From Syncephalis fuscata S228 (lineage: Eukaryota > Fungi > Zoopagomycota): 64,000 nucleotides of DNA. Each line of letters starts with the position of its first letter. The first letter of the stretch is position 1. Position numbers and translations under genes: made by a program. Under the pieces are notes generated by a model. The model did not search any database. It saw nothing but the letters and a program-made list of their open reading frames with translations, and was not told where the DNA came from. Location: contig JAHLTZ010000008.1 of the NCBI GenBank assembly GCA_025786725.1, positions 496,001-560,000 on the forward strand, given 5' to 3'. Positions 13,354-27,003 of this stretch are shown piece by piece.

Positions 13354-14574
13354 TTAGGCATTTAAGTGCAGTATTTTTAGATGTGGCATACCAAAGACGC
13401 CATAGCCAGCATCATTGGCCATTAGACCAAATCCTTCCGTTTCAACCTGATGTTTATACAGCAGTGGAGGAAAAAGTATACCTGATCTATGTACCTCAGC
13501 CTTGACTAAAAGCAATGTACCGCCTACAGCATCGAGATGAACGAGTGATTGCATTGGATCATCGGCATATTCAAATAGATATTTACGCCGTGTCCATAAA
13601 TCAGAGTAGCCTTTAAATTATTTAACATTTAATTAAATTAGTAACACTTAACGATAATAAATTATTATTATTATGCTACCTTCAAGAAATAGCTCATTCG
13701 GATCACGTGTTTTTGCCCAAGCTCTACTGGCATCCGTCTCGTGCCAGGCGTTTAAATCGTACGGTTGACGGGTACCATCGACCCATGTCCAGTAACAATT
13801 AGCTGTAACAATATCACGGTCTTGTTGCAGCATTGTTTCGATAGCATCGTTAGGTACTTCGACAAGATCAACATCCCACCATAGCACCCAATTTTCATCT
13901 TTTAAGGCACCCGTCACTAAGTGATTTCGTGCGCGGGCCATAATGGACCGACGTGCTAATTGGGCGGTAAATTCTTTGCGTTTATTGTTGGGCAATTCGT
14001 AGTTGAAATCACGACGTAGTACAGTGATACGTCGGTACAAATGTTGCACTGGTTGTAGTTTGTCCAATAATCGGTCGTATGTATCATCGGTACTATCACC
14101 GACGAGAAAGGCGAGTGATATGCTTTTTTTCGGATAGCTCATGGTCGCCAATAGTTCAAAGTAGCGTTCAAGTAGTTGATCAGCATTTTTAAGTGGTGTT
14201 AATAGTAATAGCTTTGGCATGGCATGCGTGTCGTTTAGATTGACCGGCGTTAATGGTGGATTTAAGCTACGCTCCACGACGTTATTTAATAAACCGAGAC
14301 CAGCACTAGAACTGCTTTTATTTTGCATTAAACAGTCAAGCCAGGTCTCTGCATTGCTACTATCCATCCAGCGTGCCAAATGGGCTGGTGACCATTCATC
14401 AAGCGGAACACAGCCGGGCGATAATAGCAGTGTGGTCAATGCTTTAAATAAATGTATATCAGCTAAATACGATCAATATACTACACTCGTCGTATACTCA
14501 CCCACAAGTGACACCATCGTCATACTAGCCGAGTATAATAAAAGAAGTCGCAAATTTTGTCGTCCTAGAGCCAT
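13354..14574 (-). CDS. Anp1/Mnn9/Van1-family (GT62) mannosyltransferase, paralog 2
   Basis: ATG 14574 MALGRQNLRLLLLYSASMTMVSLV. Motifs LLTPLKNA, LAFLVGDS, WWDVDL, YDLNAW, LDAVGG, ETEGFG. Same intron positions as paralog 1. Confidence 0.92.
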
Positions 14575-14751
14575 TTTTTACAAATCGAACAAGTTACACT
14601 AAAGTGTCGTTAAGTCGACTACCACAGTATATGAATGTAGTGACCATGGCTATTAAGCTCCTTTTACACATCTAAATTCAACCCCCCTGCATTCTACAAT
14701 TAACAGAATTTTATTTAACAATAGAAACTGTTATATCCAGATGTGTATATT

Positions 14752-15912
14752 TTATGAGTTTCCGTGGTAGATGATATAATTGGGTAGGCCATAAATACCA
14801 AAGCCCATAAGTTTGGCCATTTTGCAAATCCTTCCGTTTCAAGCTGGTGCTTAACGGGGAAAGCAGGGAAATTGGCGCCGGCACGATGGACATCAGCACG
14901 AACCATTAAAAAAGTGCCGCCCACACCGTCAAGTTCAACAAGATTTTCACTTCTGCCACGATAGTCGTTGAGATAAAGACGATGGGTCCACATAACGTCG
15001 GGATAGCCTAATAAATTGTGTTAATAAATATTATTGGCTGTTATGGAATGCATTGTATTGCTAGTACAACATACCTTCAAGCAAAATATCATCCTCTTTC
15101 TTGTCTTCTTGAAATTTTCTACTATCTGACGTTTCTTGCCAGGTGTTCAAATCGTATGGATAGTCTTTTCCATTAGACATTTTGTAATAGCAGTTGGGCT
15201 GTATAACATCCTTGTTCCATCTAATTAAATCTTCAATAATAGTATGAGGGAATGTTGTGACATCAACATCCCACCAAACGACCCAGTCTTCGTCTTTAAT
15301 TGCGGTAATCAAAAAGTTACGAGACATGGACATCACTTTACGACGCGGAATCTGTGCCTGCCAGCCGTGGCGTTCTTCGTTACTAAGTTCATAGTGGAAA
15401 TTCTTTACAAAGTGAGTAACATGTCGGTATTTGTGTTTAACCTCTTCCAGTTTTGCTTGTAGCTTTTCATAAGTGCCATCGTCCGAGTCGCTGGTAAGAA
15501 AAGCCAATGATGTAAGATGTTTTGGGTAGGCCATGCGCTCTAAGTTCTCAAAATATTTTTCAATATGTTTGGCAGCATTCTTGACCGGTGTTAAAATGAT
15601 AACACGAGGTGCTTTATCGCCAATCTCGCTTTTTAATTCAGAAGGGGGCATGTCGTAATTGTACATACGAATCTTCTTTTCAAAACTTGTAGAATTCACA
15701 TTCTCACCGGAGGTCAATGCAGATTTTTGCGATGGATTTGAATCAACAATGCATTTTTGATTAGCGTTTGGCAATGCTAGATAGAATATAAAATATATTT
15801 AAATAAGTACATTTATATAGACTATTAATACCGTATTTAACGTACCGAAAAAGAAAAGCGCAGTAATAAAAACTGCGCAAATGCCAATAGCTGGTAGATT
15901 GCGACGTAGCAT
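14752..15912 (-). CDS. Anp1/Mnn9/Van1-family (GT62) mannosyltransferase, paralog 3 (1-nt deletion near 14821)
   Basis: ATG 15912 MLRRNLPAIGICAVFITALFFF. Motifs ILTPVKNA, WWDVDV, YDLNTW, LDGVGG. Adding one A restores [29 protein letters not shown]-stop. Confidence 0.9.
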
Positions 15913-17766
15913 TTTAAATACCAGACAATTACTTGTCAAAACCAGGACACTAGTAGTTGCAACAATACAATTAGTGCCAAGTGATTATATCCACTTTACC
16001 AAATATTACATAAAATAAAAATCACTTGAATGTTGCATAGTATTATTAATATCTTAAATATGCTACATTTTCTAGTACTAGTACTAGTACTACCATTGCT
16101 ACTACTTACATTACTATCAAAAAACACAAGTAACCAAGGTAGTTACGATTATATAAAATGCTAGCAGGAAATAAAGAAAGGAATAGTTAAATTAATAAAA
16201 GGGATGTTTTATCAGCTGTCATAAAAAACTAATTAAATATCTCTCATCAGTGATAAGATTTGTGGTCTGTGGTGATGCATAGTAATGTAAGGATGTAATA
16301 TGTGCGTGTGTGTGAAAAGGGGCGTGTAACCTTTCTGCCAATCCTTGCCAAATACGGTCATTAAGGATCCCATAAATCACTAATAAGTATCGATGGATGG
16401 ACCTGTGGCAGTAGGACGGGCCCAACTTGTTATCATCGATCAAAAACGCACCTCGTCACGCCACGATACCTCGTCCGGTGTTTAATTACGCCGAATGATG
16501 GGAGTATTGCCAGAAGGAGTAGGCACGCCTACTCACTCATGTCGACGAGCAGATAAAATGATGGTTATCATAGGAAGCTGCTACTTAGTTCAAAATTGCG
16601 TAGCCGCGTCGAACGCCACCAAAATACCACTTATCTTTTTCCTTTACACGTCATTGGTCAATAAAAATAAAATAAAATCTGAAAAAGTAAACAGTTGCTA
16701 TTTTGGTCCGTACAAGTTATGTTACATTTCAGTTAATTCCCACCATTGTAAAACATTCATGTTCCGGTGATAAGACATAATGTTCCTGCCAAATGCTTAA
16801 TACTTGGCAACATATTGCAAGGTAAGTGTAAAGTATTGTTGAAAAAACCTTGATTATACAAATAATGATAGATAGAAGCAGCTAACTTATTAAATTGAAT
16901 AAGTTTTGATATTATTGAACAAAGCGATTTAGTGTTAAAGTAACACATATTATGCCACAACTATTGCTGAGTTGATCATCCTGTACCATTAAGGCCAGCT
17001 ATTTTTAAATGTGCGATAGTTATATTGAACCACCACTATCAACTGTATAATAATATAGCAATGATGAGTGTACCTATGCTATTTTCTCATCATTTAAATA
17101 AAATCTAAATAAAGCATGGCTAAAATAGAAATCACATTTCTAGCTGTAATATATACTAAAATGGCTGCGAGAGTAACAGTAGAGCAAAGAGTAGAAGGAC
17201 TTGGGCAGCAAAAAGAGAAAATAAAGCGTATAGCAATTCCAGTTACACAACGATGGCATGACATCAGTAGCAATAACAATCACGTTATAGCCAAAGTTCA
17301 CATGACTGCACTTGGTAGTATTTGTGCAACTGAACTAAACATTTGTTTTATTAATTACGATGTCATATAATGATTATGCGCATTTTAAAACTAGTGTAAA
17401 TTTGACTATAGCTTTATCGTTAAAAAAACAATGTGTTTGTAATTGTATTGGATATAACTGCTATAATAGCACATCTACAGCATATATATGGCCAATAAAG
17501 AGATTGCATGTATACTAATGTTATACTACAAAATAGCATCATCATGGTAGATTATATGAGTATGGTGCTCGTATTGCAAGTGAGTCATCGTTCCAAAATT
17601 TCAAGGCCTTTGAAGATTGCACAGTCACCATATTATTCAAAATACGTTTTGCGCATGTTCACTATAACCACGTGTTATGATTGTCTATCTTTAATAAAGC
17701 GTATTGACATGAATAGGCTTAGCAATCCTGCTCATATTCCTTTTCTTATTTATTTAATCATGTACA

Positions 17767-19412
17767 ATGAATCATATTCCTATACTTGTTGTTGAACGTA
17801 TTGTCGCATTTGCTGACAGCAGCTCGCTTGCCATGCTCTCGTGCTGCAGTAAATGGCTGTGGTATTGTGTTAGCCAGCAAAATAGTCTTTGGTATCAGCG
17901 ATACGAGCAGTGTTATAACCTTGCTGATGTCAACGAGATAAAGTGGCTGGCCTGGTATGTGAAGACAGTATGTGCATCAAAGCTAATGGTACCACAAGCC
18001 GAAACAGTAATCAACAGTGCTCAGCTAAATAATCTGCATATTGAATGGTTTCATACATTTTGCTATCGACGTGCCACTGATGCAAACTGGCTTAGAGATA
18101 CACCATATCCAATTAAGGATGTAGTGAAAGAAGAAACAGTTAAAATCCAATCCGTTGTATTGCAGCGAATTGCTTATTATCGTATTGGCATGCGGGGATG
18201 TTTTATTGTTGAGCAATGCCAACCAATAGGAGAAATGTTTACCAAACGATTTTGGCGCTTGCGTAAATCATTTCAAGACGATGTAAACTATGAATCTTAC
18301 GTGGAAGAATGCCTGATGTCAGACAGATTTGTGGTAACTATTAGTAAACATAAAAATAGCGCAGGATTTATTGTAGAGCCATGTATTATTTCCATCTGGC
18401 CAGTGCATCAAGTGTCATCTATGCGACCACGTCAATTTCCCTGTTTATGCGATAATGCAAGCATTCGTGGTCGTTGGATGCTGATCAATCATTTAAAACC
18501 ACCGGGCGAAGAAAAAGATAGATCTAATTTACCAACAATCACCCGCATTTTTGATCTTGCTAACGGTCAAAGATGCATGGGTACTATTACAAATCATCAA
18601 GGAGAAACTTTTTTATTAAAAGCTACTGAAGAAGCAGCGACTGTATTTAGTAGAACATTGCATCACTCAGATACCACTACCACATTCAAATGGAATGTAT
18701 GGGAGTTTTCAAATCATCATCTAGGGTATGGTCCACGCTGCTTGATGCAAGGAGAAATCCGCTTTAACAAATTCAAAGACTCTGTAATTATTGTCAAAAA
18801 ACTGGATGATAATCGAGTTTTGATTGAAAATCATCTATCACTTATTTCTAATATGGCGAGAGATGCTAAAGCAGATGAAATACGTTTGGCCATGATTTCA
18901 ACAGAGTGCGGCCTTTCAAACGATTGCATTAAAGATGCAAAGCCCAATTGGACACGTAGCGATGGTCTTTTTGGCACAGTACCACTAGTTGGTTCAACCG
19001 CATCATTGTTATATCTGAGAGAGGATGGACGATTCACAGCATAATCGATGGTGTTACACTGGCACACATCAATGTAGAAACTTTAAGTTCAATGCTTGAG
19101 CCTCATTCCTTTTTAGATATGGATATATATACCAATCGTTTCTCATTACATATTGGAAAATTTGTTCTTTATAGTTCCAAATACAATAGCACATTTGTAG
19201 CATTAGATTTGATTAATTCAAATCGTACTAGAAATCTGGGCATAGAAAACTCAAAGTATTTGCATGAAAAATCATTTGAACACCCATATATTATTACAAG
19301 ATTTAACTACATGATTAAAGATCATTTATTATTAAATGATTCATTTAAAACAAGAAACGCGATGCTAATGGTAAACGGCGAAGATTATAAAATAATAGAT
19401 ATGTCATTTTAA
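17767..19412 (+). CDS. Intronless F-box-like protein of a lineage-specific family (frameshift near 18992)
   Basis: N-terminal MNHIPILVVERIVAFAD...LAMLSCCSKWLW...NSLW fits an F-box pattern. The frame switch at 18992 joins ORF 17767-19044 to ORF 19092-19412 through an open segment (FNRIIVISERGWTIHSIIDG...). Confidence 0.6.
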
Positions 19413-20139
19413 TTGCTATCGATTTGTTTCATTTTTTATTTTTGTTAAACAACTTGTACAATTATTAATTAATTTGAAAAATAAAGAATAAATATTTTAA
19501 CTACAAAGATAAATAACAAAATGGCATATTATGGCAATAGAATAGACATGTATCTAATATACTACCCTGTATTATGAGCGTGATATGCTGTCGTATACTA
19601 AACATAGATGTGGTTATTGCTATTTATTCTAGCATAAAATGAAATTTAAAGGCAAAATAATATATCTTAATAACATTTGAATATTAGAAATATTTCGCTT
19701 AATCAACATGAAACACTTTATATATGATTATTGTGCACTGAATTAGTACGCGATTGTATATGCTTATCCGACCTGATGTAGCACACTATTTGTGCAATTC
19801 TACAACTTTTTGTTATTAAATAAAAAATCGTTTACGTAACTTATTTATTACAGGATAATTAGTAATTGTAATGAATGCAGCTAAAACATACGTAGCAGCA
19901 AATTAATCAATATTTATGATAAATGTAGTTGGCAATAGCAAAAACAGCTTTTATCAATAGTGCGTAAGCAGTAAACAATAAATGGCGTATGATAAAGCAA
20001 ATATATAATGGTAAAGGTATGAATAGAATGTGTTTAGTATATCCTAAAATAATACATATTAGAGCGTCTATAAAATATGGAAGTAATAAACAGATAAAGA
20101 ATATACGCATACTGGATAATAAATTTACAATAATGAGTA

Positions 20140-20230
20140 TTTTAAACTTTAATGTCATTCATCATCCGCCATCATGTTCAATAAATTGGATGTTATTAAA
20201 TACTGGCCATTTAATCACCAAATAATATTA
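20140..20230. repeat. Dispersed ~150-bp repeat, copy 2
   Basis: aatgtcattcatcatccgccatcatgttcaataaattgga...gccatttaatcacca. Confidence 0.6.
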
Positions 20231-20355
20231 AAAAATTAATAAGTTACTAATAATATTATTAACAATATAAACGAAATTTTATTATGCTATTTAACGATAT
20301 TCATGACAAAGTATGAATAATTACCAATAAGTAGTGTATAGTGATATCCTTTGGT

Positions 20356-21711
20356 TTAATCGCCATCGGCGCCACCTGCAGCGCCTGCACCGCTTGCACC
20401 GACACCAACGCCAGCATAGCCGCCAGCATGATTGTAGTTAGTAAATGCAATATTGCCAGTGGCATCATTTGCTTTTGGGTCGACAACCGACGCTGCTGTT
20501 GGACGATTTTGATTAACGTTGTTATGACGCTGACTTTCTCTAAATTCACGTTGGAACGTATCGTAATCAACATGATTCGGTATATGCTCAGGATCCATAT
20601 CGTGCAATGCCCATTCATCGAGTGACGGCGGCTGAACGCGCGTAATCACCTCGACTTCATTTCGAACGACGCGGCAAAACTCATCAAGGGGCAGATCGTT
20701 GGCATCATAGCCAAATGGATTTTCAATTTCTTCACCGATCGACTGGATGCCCAAGAAAATAAAGGCTGTCGCTGCGCATACAGGAATTGTAACCCAACCA
20801 AGTGTTCCTACAAGCTGGAAAGGCAAGGCAAGGCAAAAGAGCCAGACACATTGCGCAAGATGCACACTATAAGCTAGTGGGATTGGTGTACGTAAAATAC
20901 GCTCAAAGCCAGTCAAACAATCAACGAGCGAGTTAAGAGCATTTTCCATCGCGGTAGCATACGGCGCCTCAATATCATTACGCTTTCGTAACAAGCGAAT
21001 ATAGGACTGGATGTAAATAGTAATTTCAAGTGGCAAATTTGAATTAATTGCTTGATTCAAATCGGTTTTAGCGGTAATTGAGGCGCGACGCCTATGCTCC
21101 TTGTCCAATGTTGGATCATGTGTCGGCTCTACCGAAGTAGGAGTGTTATACTTTGGAATATGATTTAAATATTCGTAAAGATCACGGTAATTTGAGCCAT
21201 ATTCTGCACGCAGATAATGTTTAGAAGCGACGGCAAATGCAATAAGCAAGTTAATAGCACTGCGCTTTTCAATCAAGTCTTCAGGACGTGTTGTTGGCGT
21301 CAAGACCCAGAAGAACCGAGTCAAATGGCGAATACTGTGCACAGCTTGCGCCCAAATGCGTCGTCCTTCCCAGAAACGATCGTAGGCCGTATTGGTACGA
21401 AAGATAAGTAGCAACGATGTTACCACACCAATAAGCGTAATTACATTTGTAGGTATTGCTAGGTAAACGGTTGAAGTGCTAAACACATCATATTAGCCTA
21501 CTGATACGCCAGATAGAGTTGCTACTTACTTGTGAAGCACTGTGAATAAAGTAGCCCATAGTGTAAGTCCAAGTACATGGAAAGATACGCGCGTTATAAC
21601 AGAGCCACGCCAGCGAAGTGCATGAGGATAGTGAATATTGTAAGGCGTAAGCTCTACGTGGTGTTCTACCTGTGTAGGAACATAATGCATTCGCCTGCTG
21701 TCAGACGACAT
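20356..21711 (-). CDS. Bestrophin-like (UPF0187/YneE, RFP-TM) anion channel, paralog 1, one intron
   Basis: LRWRGSV, LLLIFRTNTAYDRFWEGRRIW, ERILRTPIPLAYSVHL, IGEEIENPFGYDANDLPLD. Intron about 21531-21481. Confidence 0.93.
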
Positions 21712-21991
21712 TGTTCAATAAATAAAGCACAAAAACTAAACTGTTATATGCGAAAGCTAAAGGTAATGCCATAGAATGCCAAAATATGGCGAATCCTTTT
21801 AAGTCAAAAGATGATACCCGACAACAGCCAATAATAGACGTAGTACGAATAACAGGCACAAATGGTCAAGCTAAAGAAAAAGGATATTCGGGGTGCTAAA
21901 CATCAAAAAAGGTAGCATGTCCGTTTCACTTTACCGATGATAGAATTCTAGACGACAAAAAAATGCTGTCCGTTGCAGTTTGAACACAACA

Positions 21992-22017
21992 AAGGCATAA
22001 GGCATAAGGCATAAGGC
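21992..22017 (+). repeat. Short (AAGGCAT)n tandem repeat
   Basis: aaggcataaggcataaggcataaggca. Confidence 0.8.
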
Positions 22018-22634
22018 AACATAAATGTGTCATCAATAGTAACGCCGTCGTTAGCGTCATACCATGTCGTAGTTAGTACCATATTATGTTGTCGTTAGTA
22101 CCATGCCATGCCATCGGCTATCTTCCAAATATTACGGATCGTAAGTTAAAAGTGATGAAAAGGAGATTCATTCCATAATAAATGTGTATTAATTTCATGG
22201 GTGCCTTGTGCTGTTAATCGACATTATCAGAATAGTTGACTAGTTGGGACTGTTCTACAATCATTTTGTAAGGCAAATGTGCACGGAGTTAGGTATGCCA
22301 GACTACTTTTCTACCATGCATCCAATCAGTCTTTGTCGGTAGTACAAGTAGTGTCGCCTTTTTAGCTGATGCCTTTTTCTCGTAACTCTGTGTACCACAC
22401 GCAGATGTTAAGTACTCCTTACTACACAGACATTGCCGCGCCTATTTTTAACGCATCGTTCTGCCGTTTTTTCGCTTGCTTTCGTTTCATTATTTTGACG
22501 TGCTCTTTGCGACTTAATCTATTCCAGATATTTATTATTGTGTGTGTGTGTGTGTCTTTAAACGCACATAGTTTATTTATTTTATTGGTATAGTCTTGAC
22601 TATTGGACTGGTTCCGCTAATAACATAGCCAGTC

Positions 22635-23834
22635 ATGGATTCGCACACAACAATACCAACTTCTGGCAATTCAAGCCGTTCGCAATTACCTAAAGCGCCA
22701 GAGCATGAATTTCACGTCGATGTGCCGCTCTATAACAACAACTGGCCGTTTGCTCTACGCTGGCAAGGCTCGGTACTGCGTCAAATTTGGTGGAAAGTTA
22801 CCGGCTTTGCTTTATGGGCTGCACTTTGGACCGTTCTCTACCAAGTAGTACCGGTCAAGCTCAATATTCCTACTCTTGTTGTACAACTTATCGGTATGGT
22901 GCTGTCGCTTCTGTTGGTCTTCCGTACGAATACCGCCTACGATCGGTTCTGGGAAGGACGTCGTCTTTGGGGCAATGCTGTTTGTGGCATCCGTAATCTT
23001 GCACGATTCATTTGGGTCGGTGTACGTGAAGATACAGTGCGCGATACAATCGAAAAGCGTAGTGCGATCAATCTACTTATTGCATATGCCGTTTCAACCA
23101 AACATTATTTGCGTGCGGAATATGGTAGCGATTATCCAGACTTACGTAGCTATTTGAATCACATTCCAAAATACAATACACCTACGTCGGTTGAACCAAG
23201 TAAAACGGCCACATCGTCACTGTTGCGCCACTACAAAGACGGTACTAAGGTCCGCCCTTCCAATCTGCCATTGGAGATCACCATCTATCTTACATCTTAT
23301 ATCCATCAACAAAAGGTTAAGACAAGCATTGATCCTGGCCAGTTTACTGTCATGACAAATACACTATCTGGCCTGGTTGAGTGTCTTACTGGCTTTGAGC
23401 GTATTCTGCGTACACCAATCCCACTTGCCTACAGTATTCACTTGGCTCAATCAGTATGGCTCTACTGTCTTGCACTTCCTTTCCAGTTGGTCAAGGATCT
23501 CGGCTGGGTGACTATTCCAGTTGTGGCGGTCACAGCATTCACCATGTTTGGCATCCAGTCAATTGGCGAAGAAATTGAGAATCCATTTGGCTATGACGCC
23601 AACGATCTGCCACTTGATGAGTTTTGCAAGGTTATTAAGAGCGAGGTTAATATCATTACATCGGTACCACCGCCCAATCCAGAAGAATGGATATTCTCGG
23701 ATGCTAATCCGGAACAGCATCGTAAACAAGAGGATGCTGATGAGGTGGCAAGTAATAGCGAATCGATTTTAGAGAGCAACAGCATCAAACAGCAGCGTGA
23801 ACAAGGCCACGACGTCTCTATTTCTATCGATTAA
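22635..23834 (+). CDS. Bestrophin-like (UPF0187/YneE) anion channel, paralog 2, intronless
   Basis: Same motifs as paralog 1 in a single 399-aa ORF. Confidence 0.93.
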   Translation: MDSHTTIPTSGNSSRSQLPKAPEHEFHVDVPLYNNNWPFALRWQGSVLRQIWWKVTGFALWAALWTVLYQVVPVKLNIPTLVVQLIGMVLSLLLVFRTNTAYDRFWEGRRLWGNAVCGIRNLARFIWVGVREDTVRDTIEKRSAINLLIAYAVSTKHYLRAEYGSDYPDLRSYLNHIPKYNTPTSVEPSKTATSSLLRHYKDGTKVRPSNLPLEITIYLTSYIHQQKVKTSIDPGQFTVMTNTLSGLVECLTGFERILRTPIPLAYSIHLAQSVWLYCLALPFQLVKDLGWVTIPVVAVTAFTMFGIQSIGEEIENPFGYDANDLPLDEFCKVIKSEVNIITSVPPPNPEEWIFSDANPEQHRKQEDADEVASNSESILESNSIKQQREQGHDVSISID

Positions 23835-24104
23835 TAGTAAAAGCACATCAACCAGATCATAAAACTATGATATCCGATGAAGCAATGCCTTGTTTCCTTA
23901 CATTTGTTTCTTTCGCTTGCTTCATCATTGTTATCAATAATAAAAGTAGCATTAAAACATAAATATTAGCTATTTTATCAGCTATATATCTAAATGACAA
24001 TTAAAAGCATTTGGCCAGTGTTACTATTCATTTATCATCATTCATAATAATTGTTATGCGGTTTGTTAATGGTAATAAAAAGTTTATTGCTTAGTTTAAC
24101 GTCT

Positions 24105-24898
24105 TTAGCTATCCGCTTGCTCCTTTGTCGTTTTCTTATCACGGCCATTTCCATTGTTGTTTTGAATGTATTCAAATTTACGTGTGTCTAATTGTAGTGT
24201 AACTGGTCCGTCGTTGACTAGTGCCACCTGCATCATTGCTCCAAACTTGCCATCTACACGTTTAAATTTGTTAACAATTTATTAATTTGCTTTGTATTCT
24301 ACAATACATGCTTTGAATACGATCTGGATGGTACGCATCGCGCATCTTTTGTAAAAACAAATTATACATCTCATTAGCCGGCTGAGTAGACATAGCTTTG
24401 TGAAAATCGGGCTTTTTTCCTATAATACACAGCCCATTAATACTGACATAAAACCAAAACAATCGCCTACCTTTAACAACTGTGCCGTATAGCGTAAACT
24501 GCGAAACTAAGTTTGCATAATTGTGTTTACTAAACAATATCATTTACCATTAATCTAATAGCTTACCACATAACACGCTGTAGTCTAGTTCAACTACACT
24601 TTTGCCCCACATACGTCCGGTCTCTTCGTGGTCGAATAAACGGACATTCAGTATCTTCTTGACCCTTTTAAAATTGTTATTGTTGCAACTTGTATTAAAC
24701 TACTACCTACATGCTATCCAAGTCTTCGGTCGTGTCGTCGGTTGTCAGTCCTACCAAAATGCACAAGCCCCGGTCAATAGCACCGACAATCTGACCCTCA
24801 ACTGAATGGCCATGGTCATTACTATTATCTCATTACTTGTTGTTCTACTTCTTACCCGTGACACTGGCATTAAGCACTCGCTGTATAACGGCACGCAT
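24105..24898 (-). CDS. DTD1: D-aminoacyl-tRNA deacylase, 6 exons
   Basis: Spliced MRAVIQRVLNASVT..GLCILVG..KILNVRLF..VSQFTLYG..KPDFHKAM..GKFGAMMQVALVNDGPVTL. Confidence 0.93.
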
Positions 24899-27003
24899 GT
24901 TTATAGCTACTATGGTGTTGAGAAAAAGAAAACAGGAAATGAAGTAAAACGAGTATCGGTGTTATTATTTGCATTAGCAAATTGACTAATGCTACTTACT
25001 ATAATTACTACAATAGTAGCTAAAACTGATGATACTAACTTATTAGTAATAACTATGTTTATTTCATTAATGTCGAATAATCAAAACATAGAAAAATATT
25101 GTACATATATGACGTATTTATTTAATATAATTATTTACCTACTCGATTTGTTTTAATATTATTTAAAGTTGCTTGCAATACTTTAATATCATCATTTGGT
25201 TAATATTAGTGATAATCAATATCATTATTTATCAGTTTCAGTAAATAACTAAATGTTAAACTACCATGTCTATCGTTATACTCGCTAGTCATAAAGTTAC
25301 TTGGATTTTAATACCGCTATTTAATACTCTATTGTTTGTTGGTAAAAGCGCAAGTAGGTAATTACCAAGTATACTCTAGTGCAGCTATTTGCTTTGTTGT
25401 TTTTCGCATTATTCTGCACTCTTTACTTATTTAACAACAGCAGCACTAAAATTAACCTTATTACAGTTAGTTACTGTGTTTTTAATTAATAAGATACATT
25501 ATAAAAAGAACGACATAGCAGTATCGATAGTGAATAAACTGCAAAATATCGAATGTGGCGCGTTTAGTGTGAGAGTGGTGGCAGTTTGGATATTAATTTA
25601 TGCTAATGTGCTAGTTGTACTGCTCATCATTATTAAATTATTATTGAACGTCGTTTACATTGCATTATCTGTTACAAATGTATATGTTGATTTTTGGTTG
25701 TACTGTCACAGAGACATAATACTTGTGGCTAGATTTATTACTGCCTAAAAACAGTAGATCTGACCAAATTCCAAGGTTAGGACGATTAGCAGTCCCGTAA
25801 CATCATGGTGATACTTTGTTATAGATTGTTAAAAGTAGCGTAAGTGTTACATTGCTATCACTCAGCATTTCAACACAACCGACTTTATTAGCTTGATGCA
25901 TCCACCGCTGCCCACACATTGGCTTTCGTCCACGTTGCAGTTATATCAGCCGTACACGTGACCAATGGCGAACATCAAAGTATGGTAGCGAAAAACAAAA
26001 CAAGCAGTATGAGTACGCGTTTACGCGGAAAAGACTGCGTGTAAACGTAATTACTTACTGTATATACCTGTGTATATTGCAGTCTATACTTTACACAACA
26101 TTCATACTTTTTCTAAAAATATAGGTCATTATGATTGATATTCTAATTTCTACTGGCTGTCTTTATCTAAAATCATAGCAATTTATTGTTTATTCAAATT
26201 AAACTAATATTAATGTCGGACTTTGAATTTTTGCCTGACTAAATTACACACCACTCCACCCAGCACCAAATATTCACCATATGACTAGTCATATGAATTA
26301 TCTATTCATATGATCAATCCGATGACTAGCCATATGAACTCACTCCTGACTAACCCATGATCTTATGACGATGTTGATTGATCGCCGACGTCATAGTATC
26401 ATTATTACTATTATTATTACTATTATCACACGGTTATACTAATTATTTAGTATATAAACCAACTCATTTTATTAACCAATAAACAATATCTTACATCCAA
26501 TTGTTGAACTGTCTTATCTAACACACACATTCTATTGATCAAATCCTACGATAGTCAGAAAGTAGTGACTTTGACGACAATTAACATTAGTACAGCTTAC
26601 AACATCAGAAAAGTAAATAGCTAGTAATCAAAATCTATTACACTGTAAACGAGAACATTAAATCCGAGACACTTGGTAAGAATGTGAATCAAAGAGCCGT
26701 CAGAGATGATAACTGATTTGATCAATAATATATATTGTGCTGGGATTGGTTCGGACATTGCAAGCAGGTTTCAGCGGTTGTTTTGTTTCTCTATCTACAT
26801 AAATAGCTGTACTCTTCCTACAATCGTATTACTGTTACGCTTTGTATGTAATAACGCTACCACTTGATGCTGAAGACTTTATAGCTATAAAATGCTCATT
26901 TCTCGATTATTAACTTGTTTATATTATTCTTGTCTACTTGTGGAATAGTTATTCCTTGCTAACACACAGTTATTTTTATCGTGTTTGTTGCTGTAGAAAA
27001 ACA

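Noticed and set aside
21992-22017. (AAGGCAT)n as an interstitial telomere
   Set aside because: Only about four units and not a TTAGGG-type repeat.
25389-25748. 119-aa hydrophobic ORF and similar AT-rich ORFs (19907-20158, 46535-46903, 49432-49749, 59869-60114)
   Set aside because: Mostly non-ATG starts, composition typical of random AT-rich DNA, no motifs.
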